NCBI GenBank assembly: GCA_046754465.1
Contig: JBHHVU010000004.1
Span: 43,959 to 107,958 of the forward strand
Reading direction: 5' to 3'
DNA: 64,000 bases
From: Nitrospinaceae bacterium
GTDB taxonomy: Bacteria > Nitrospinota > Nitrospinia > Nitrospinales > VA-1
Shown: piece by piece, positions 58,947 through 64,000 of the stretch
Numbering within the stretch: position 1 is the first letter of the stretch
How the letters are laid out: each line of letters starts with the position of its first letter
Program-made: the position numbers and the translations under genes
The notes under the pieces: model-generated
Databases searched by the model: none
Told to the model about the DNA's origin: nothing
Seen by the model: the letters and a program-made list of their open reading frames with translations, nothing else

Positions 58947-60074
58947 TTGATTCACGACCTCATGGACAACTGGAGTTATTGCCTAAATATCCTTCCCAAA
59001 GTCAGCCGGACCTTTGCGTTGAATATCGGGGTGCTCCGGGGTGACCTGCACCGGAGTATTTTGACGGCTTACCTGTTTTGCCGCACCATCGACACCATCG
59101 AAGATGCCGGCAAGCTGGACCCCCAGACAAAAATCAGACTTCTTCTGGAATTTTCCCGAATCCTCGAAGATTCCGCGTACCGCGAAAAAGCCCTGGACTC
59201 CTGGATCGGCCAATGCGCCGTGGTGGACGGCGCCGCCAACGACTTGGCCCTTCTTTCCGAAAATCGCCGCGTTTTTAATGTGTTTGATTCCCTGAAGGCC
59301 AGCCACAAGGAACAGATTATCCCCTCCGTGATCAGAATGGCGAAAGGGATGTCTTATTTTCAAAAAAAGTTTGCCTTTGGCAAACTCACTCCCCTGGAAA
59401 ATGAGGACGAACTGGAAGAATATTGTTATTTTGTCGCCGGAGCGGTGGGGGAAATGCTGTGCAACCTGTTCCTCACCCAACTGCCCGGCCTACCGGACGA
59501 GGCTAGGGAAACCATGAAACAGAACGCGGTTTCTTTCGGTCTGGGTCTTCAGATGACCAATATTTCAAAAGATGTGGTGGTGGACCGGCAACGGGGCTGG
59601 TCCTACATCCCCAAGGAATCCATCCGGGAAAAGGGGTTGACGGTCGAGGAGTTTCATAAGGGAACGTCGATGCAGAAAAATCTTCAGGTCCTGGAAAAAC
59701 TCCTGCAGAAGACCACGGGACATTTGAACGATGCCTTGAAATTCACGCTGGCCATCCCACGGCATAAAATTCCGCTGCGTCTTTTTTGCATCTGGCCCCT
59801 GTGGATGGCCATGGAGACGGTCGCGGTATTGCATAATAACCAGGCCCTCCTCGCGTCGGCGGCCCCGGTGAAGATATCCCGCGGGGCGGTGAAGAAAATA
59901 CTCCGGACCACCCCCTGGATCGCCTCCTCCAATTTTTTATTGAAACGATCCTTTGAAAAAATAATCCATAACCAGGTGCTTCAGGGTCACCGGAGTTTCG
60001 ATCTGGAAAACCTGCACCGGCGCCTGGACAGGATTCCCCTGGATACTCTCGTTTCCAGTGCGTCAGGGGTTTGA
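58947..60074 (+). CDS. Squalene/phytoene synthase family protein (FdfT/SQS-like)
   Basis: VSRTFAL, YLFCRTIDTIED, YCYFVAGAVG, GLGLQMTNI.KD...D, RLFCIWP; alternative ATG start at 58962. Confidence 0.88.
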   Translation: MIHDLMDNWSYCLNILPKVSRTFALNIGVLRGDLHRSILTAYLFCRTIDTIEDAGKLDPQTKIRLLLEFSRILEDSAYREKALDSWIGQCAVVDGAANDLALLSENRRVFNVFDSLKASHKEQIIPSVIRMAKGMSYFQKKFAFGKLTPLENEDELEEYCYFVAGAVGEMLCNLFLTQLPGLPDEARETMKQNAVSFGLGLQMTNISKDVVVDRQRGWSYIPKESIREKGLTVEEFHKGTSMQKNLQVLEKLLQKTTGHLNDALKFTLAIPRHKIPLRLFCIWPLWMAMETVAVLHNNQALLASAAPVKISRGAVKKILRTTPWIASSNFLLKRSFEKIIHNQVLQGHRSFDLENLHRRLDRIPLDTLVSSASGV

Positions 60075-60083
60075 ACCGCCGCT

Positions 60084-60527
60084 ATGACCGCGAAAATACG
60101 TTTTATCGACAACAACGACGGAACGATCCATGATTCGGAGACGGGCCTGACCTGGACCCGGGAAGATTCCTGGCAAAGCGAGGCCAAATGGGTGACGTGG
60201 GATGAAGCCATGGAACACGTTCAAAATCTTGCATATACAAAATTTGGGGGTCATCCCGACTGGCGTCTGCCTTCCAAGGAAGAAGCGCTGACTTTGTACG
60301 ATGCGAACCAAAAAAACCAGGACAAATACGGGAACGAAATTCATTTGCATCCGGTTTTCCCCTCCGGTACCCTCCCCACCATCTGGGTCCATGAGTCCAT
60401 GACGGGAAATGAGGGATATATCCTGGATTTTCGCAACGGGGAGATCCGTACCCTGTACAAAAGCAAAAGTGGAAGAATGGCCGCCCGGGCCGTGCGTGGG
60501 GAGGAAGGCGTTCCCCGGAAAAAATGA
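60084..60527 (+). CDS. DUF1566 (Lcl C-terminal-like) domain protein
   Basis: RFIDNNDGTIHDSETGLTW, W.EA, GHPDWRLPS.EE, RAVR. Confidence 0.88.
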   Translation: MTAKIRFIDNNDGTIHDSETGLTWTREDSWQSEAKWVTWDEAMEHVQNLAYTKFGGHPDWRLPSKEEALTLYDANQKNQDKYGNEIHLHPVFPSGTLPTIWVHESMTGNEGYILDFRNGEIRTLYKSKSGRMAARAVRGEEGVPRKK

Positions 60528-60589
60528 TAAAAGGCCGACTTTAAACAAAACTTTTTGGCCTTGAACTCATCTCAAGATCATGGAAAGGT

Positions 60590-61054
60590 TTGGACCTGGA
60601 GAACATTTTGAATAAAGACAGCTTGATAAACATCGCCGGCATTTTGTGGGGTTTTATTGGCGTTTTTTTGATATACCGGGGAATCCACTTTTACCAGATC
60701 GCCATCGATGAACAACACTCCACCAAAATGGCCCTGTGGATTTCCGTGATCGCATGCCTCGTCATTGGGTCCGCCAAAGGGCATTTTGTTTTGTCTAAAA
60801 CCGCCCGGAAGAACAAGTCCCGCATACTCAACCTGGAATCCCCGTTGAAAATTCACCATATTTTTTCTAAGCCGTTTTACGGGTTTATCGCGGCCATGAT
60901 GTTTCTGGGTATTCTCCTGCGCAGCCTGAACACCTATCTGGGCGGTTATATCGTTATCGCCCCCATATACTGCGGTATCGGCCTGGCTCTGATCGTTGGC
61001 AGCCGAGTTTACTGGAAAGCGGAACCCGGCGCCCCGGTTGAGGAAAACCCATAA
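60590..61054 (+). CDS. Four-TM hypothetical membrane protein
   Basis: Four hydrophobic segments; MMFLGILLR...YCGIGLAL; co-oriented with neighbours. Confidence 0.8.
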   Translation: MDLENILNKDSLINIAGILWGFIGVFLIYRGIHFYQIAIDEQHSTKMALWISVIACLVIGSAKGHFVLSKTARKNKSRILNLESPLKIHHIFSKPFYGFIAAMMFLGILLRSLNTYLGGYIVIAPIYCGIGLALIVGSRVYWKAEPGAPVEENP

Positions 61055-61081
61055 ACCCAACGTTTCCCCAAACCTGTCCCC

Positions 61082-61489
61082 ATGAAAAACTTTTTCTTGA
61101 CGTTGCACATGATCTCCATGTGCCTGGTGATAGGCACCCTGTTTTTGCAATCCCTTTCGGTAGTATTTCGCCTGAAGCTGAAAAATGACCATGAGGTCGC
61201 CGGATTGAAAAAAACCCAGGTCCGCATTCACAAATTTATTTATTATCCTATTTTGGCGGTCACCCTCCTTTCCGGCATCGTTCTGGCCGTTAAAACAGGG
61301 GTGTTTCAGGAGGCGGGCTGGATCAAGTTGAAAATGGTCCTCCTGTTTATTTTAATCGGCTTGGGATTTCTCAATGGGAAACAAATTCCCAAGGATATCT
61401 TGCCAAAAAAATATGCGATGATGGTCCATATCGCCATTTTCATTGTTGGCTCCAGCATGATTTACCTTGCCACGATAAAACCCTTTTAA
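61082..61489 (+). CDS. Four-TM membrane protein (HemJ/DUF2269/CopD-like fold)
   Basis: LH in TM1, LLSG..L, GWIKLK motif; lacks the canonical HemJ WMAGLFYLPR. Confidence 0.7.
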   Translation: MKNFFLTLHMISMCLVIGTLFLQSLSVVFRLKLKNDHEVAGLKKTQVRIHKFIYYPILAVTLLSGIVLAVKTGVFQEAGWIKLKMVLLFILIGLGFLNGKQIPKDILPKKYAMMVHIAIFIVGSSMIYLATIKPF

Positions 61490-61571
61490 TAAGCTGGAAT
61501 GAGAAAAGCGCGATTTCCGGCTGCCTTGGAAGGGACGTTCCAGCCAGATATCACCCTTTGGAAATTTTCCC

Positions 61572-61691
61572 ATGGATATTTTACTCACCATTGTGGCCAG
61601 CATTTTATTGATCATCGGATTCTTTGTCATCTGCCGGTCCAGTGATGACGAGGAAGAGGAATCCGTTGAGGAGAGGGAAGACCCCACCTGA
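61572..61691 (+). CDS. Small single-pass membrane protein (39 aa), below the ORF-track cutoff
   Basis: [39 protein letters not shown]; stop is 3 nt before the UDG ATG. Confidence 0.65.
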   Translation: MDILLTIVASILLIIGFFVICRSSDDEEEESVEEREDPT

Positions 61692-61694
61692 GCC

Positions 61695-62315
61695 ATGCGG
61701 GATAAATTGCAAGAGTTCCAGCGCCTGGTTGAGGAAGCGGCCTCCTGCCGCGCCTGCCCCAGGTTGGCAGACCAACCCGCGGTTCTGGGTCCCGGCAACG
61801 GACCCTGGAATGCCCGTGTCCTTTTCATCGCGGAGGCCCCGGGCCGGCTGGGCGCCGGGCGGACCGGCATCCCTTTTTCCGGAGACCGGTCAGGAGAAAA
61901 TTTCGAGATCCTCCTCCGGCACGCCGGGCTGACCCGCGACGAAGTTTTCATCACCAACGCGGCCTTGTGCAATCCCTTGCAGAACACCGTCAATCGGCGT
62001 CCCACCGCGGCGGAAATTCACAATTGTTCTTATTATCTAAAAACCCTTCTGGGAATCATCGAACCCCAACTCGTGGTCACCCTGGGAACGGTGGCCTTGC
62101 AGGCGCTCAACCCCTTTCTCAAGACAAAATACCGTCTTTCACAAGTCGCGGCGCGGCCCTTGCCGGGTTTCGGATTTATTCTTCTGCCCCTGTATCATCC
62201 CAGTCCCCGGGTGACCCACTGGAGGCGTCCCCTCAGCAGACAGAAACGCGATTTTAAAAAAATCCTGCGCCTTTTGACCCCTTCCCGAAGCCCCCAAAAC
62301 GGGCAAGAACCTTGA
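61695..62315 (+). CDS. Uracil-DNA glycosylase (4Fe-4S family 4/5-like)
   Basis: [47 protein letters not shown]. Confidence 0.9.
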   Translation: MRDKLQEFQRLVEEAASCRACPRLADQPAVLGPGNGPWNARVLFIAEAPGRLGAGRTGIPFSGDRSGENFEILLRHAGLTRDEVFITNAALCNPLQNTVNRRPTAAEIHNCSYYLKTLLGIIEPQLVVTLGTVALQALNPFLKTKYRLSQVAARPLPGFGFILLPLYHPSPRVTHWRRPLSRQKRDFKKILRLLTPSRSPQNGQEP

Positions 62316-62378
62316 CAGAGCTCCATTAGGATTTTATCCAATAGATGGAAACGATAAACTCCAAGGAAAGGAGAAGCC

Positions 62379-62693
62379 ATGACCAGCTACTGGGGAAGCT
62401 CAAACGACCTTTTTGATGAGGGGTACAAGGCATTGAGAGGTGGGATCCTGCTGATCGGGGTTTCGTTGACCTTGCTGGGGGTCCTGATCTTTCTGTTTCC
62501 CAACCTGATGGCGTTTATTTTCGCGTCCTTTTTCCTCTTCGTTGGGGTGTCGGCGCTGGTTTTGGGGTACAAGATCTGGAAACTCAAAAACCAGGTTCGC
62601 CCCTTTGAATGGAGCGAAGGATGGAACGCGGATACGATGAACGGGGGAACTGCAGGATATTCCCGGAAAACCATCACCTTCATCATGAGGTAA
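62379..62693 (+). CDS. Two-TM hypothetical membrane protein
   Basis: AAAGGAG RBS; hydrophobic hairpin. Confidence 0.75.
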   Translation: MTSYWGSSNDLFDEGYKALRGGILLIGVSLTLLGVLIFLFPNLMAFIFASFFLFVGVSALVLGYKIWKLKNQVRPFEWSEGWNADTMNGGTAGYSRKTITFIMR

Positions 62694-62793
62694 GAAGGCG
62701 GATGCGGTTTGTCATCACGGGGGAAACGGAAAGAGAAACCACTGCTTTTTTCGGTTTCCCTTCACACACGGAAATGGATGCCGTTGAAATGCC

Positions 62794-63156
62794 ATGAACG
62801 CGCAAGATGATTGGAAAGATCCCCTGGAAGACAACGGCGTCACCCTGGGGCCGGAAGAGGCCCTGAGAAGGGAAACCGAAAAAAGCAAAAGTCTGAAAGT
62901 GGAACGGTTGCGGTTGCGGGACGAAATTGAGACCCTGCGCAAGATAAATGCCGGACTGACGGATAAAATTCGAAGACTGGAAGAGACGGTCCAGGGCGCG
63001 GCGCCGTTCCCCGAGGAAAAAGGCGTGCGTGGGAAAAGCGGTCTTTTCGCCCAGCCGTTATCGCGGGTTCCTCACCCATCCGGCTGGGCGGTTTTTCTTT
63101 TGATCTTCAACCTGTGCGCCGCCGCGGCTTTTCTGATTCTTCTTCTCCAAAAATAA
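62794..63156 (+). CDS. Hypothetical coiled-coil protein with C-terminal TM anchor
   Basis: Heptad region LKVERLRLRDEIETLRKIN; hydrophobic C-terminus. Confidence 0.7.
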   Translation: MNAQDDWKDPLEDNGVTLGPEEALRRETEKSKSLKVERLRLRDEIETLRKINAGLTDKIRRLEETVQGAAPFPEEKGVRGKSGLFAQPLSRVPHPSGWAVFLLIFNLCAAAAFLILLLQK

Positions 63157-63410
63157 TCGTTCGTTCCCCGCCGTCAAAAAACCCGCCTTGCGGGAAACAT
63201 AGAATGACCCGGAAATGGAAACAATCCCTGGCCGATAAATGTGGCTTTGCGGGCGATTTTAAAGTAAAATGCAGAAAATTTTACAAAAGTTGAATCCTTG
63301 ATCCCTTGAATTCCATCCAACCTTTTAATTGAATCAGCCTTGTCAAGGATCAGGCGGGTATTCATCTTTCCATCAATATTAATTTCACAGAAAGGAACGG
63401 GGAAAAACAT

Positions 63411-63875
63411 ATGTGGGTAATTGAATTTCTTCACGTATTGGTCGGAATTTTGTGGATCGGCCTGCTTTACTTTTTCAACTTGGTCCAGGTCCAGTCCATG
63501 CCCAAAATGACCGAAGCCGGTGCAGCCAAACCGTATACCCAGATCATCGTTCCCAAGGCGCTTTTCCTGTTCAGGCACGCCGCATTGTGGACGGTCATCA
63601 CCGGGATTGCCTATTACATGGCCGGCCGTGGAATCGTCGAAGGCATCCCCAGCCCTGAAATCATGATCGGCATGCTTCTGGGCCTGATCATGGCCGGTAA
63701 CGTCTGGTTCATCATTTGGCCCAATCAAAAGAAAATTATTGCGGGGGCACTGGAAGGCGACGTCTTGAACAAGGCGAAACGAAATGCTTTTCTTGCCAGC
63801 CGAACCAATGCCTGGCTATCCCTGCCGATGCTGGCATGCATGGTTGCGGCCAACCAGGGGGGGTTCGGTTTTTAA
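63411..63875 (+). CDS. Urate hydroxylase PuuD N-terminal-like (DUF989) membrane protein
   Basis: HVLVGILWIGLLYFFN, IM..NVWFIIWPNQKK, ASRTNAWLSLPML. Confidence 0.85.
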   Translation: MWVIEFLHVLVGILWIGLLYFFNLVQVQSMPKMTEAGAAKPYTQIIVPKALFLFRHAALWTVITGIAYYMAGRGIVEGIPSPEIMIGMLLGLIMAGNVWFIIWPNQKKIIAGALEGDVLNKAKRNAFLASRTNAWLSLPMLACMVAANQGGFGF

Positions 63876-63909
63876 CACTAGTTCCTGAAATTGGTTCCAG
63901 AAAACGATG

Positions 63910-63944
63910 GGTTTCACCCCTGAGGGGGTGAAACCTTTTTTTTT
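63910..63944 (+). terminator. Rho-independent terminator
   Basis: Perfect 11-bp stem GGTTTCACCCC-TGAG-GGGGTGAAACC followed by T9. Confidence 0.92.
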
Positions 63945-63945
63945 G

Positions 63946-64000
63946 GTGCGCCCGGCAGGGCGCACCTACTTGGAGGTGCAAGTCCTCTACAGGCCCGGCA
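63946..64000 (+). mobile_element. 5' end of a group IIC intron (continues beyond window)
   Basis: Starts GTGCG (GUGYG), continues CCCGGCAGGGCGCA and GGAGGTGCAAGTCCTCT. This parallels the IIC 5' pattern GUGYGCCCGGCAUGGG...GGUGNRAGUCC, and it sits directly after a terminator stem-loop. Confidence 0.85.

Noticed and set aside
60084..60527. DUF1566 gene as a diversity-generating retroelement target
   Set aside because: No template repeat, Avd or DGR reverse transcriptase is visible; the downstream retroelement looks like a group IIC intron.
61082..61489. hemJ assignment
   Set aside because: Similar topology but lacks the WMAGLFYLPRL signature; left as a fold-level call.

Overview
A gene-dense, moderately GC-rich bacterial chromosomal segment of about 60 CDS, mostly housekeeping: proB, kdsA, rlmD, asnS, mtnA, accA, lpxD, lolD/lolE, lysS, rny, zapA, pheT, rnr, comEC, gatCA, sdhCAB and ispH. 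Several features suggest a Nitrospinota-like diderm, though this is inference and untested: RNI-like LRR proteins, DUF3365 heme-c and DUF1566 proteins, Bacillus-type SdhCAB, a one-enzyme squalene synthase, and the zapA-6S-ygfA-rny and yggT-divIVA-yggU gene orders. Three non-coding elements can be read directly from the sequence. (1) A 6S RNA at about 34965-35147 (-). (2) The 5' end of a group IIC intron at 63946, just after an intrinsic terminator and running off the window. (3) An unannotated candidate sigma54-dependent small RNA of about 90 nt at 8237-8325 (-), which folds into one long hairpin exposing an anti-Shine-Dalgarno bulge; this is the most novel-looking item. A second sigma54 promoter precedes an HU/IHF paralogue whose RBS is complementary to that bulge. 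I saw no CRISPR array, tRNA, rRNA, transposase or prophage. Protein calls come from motif recognition by eye; no database search was run.
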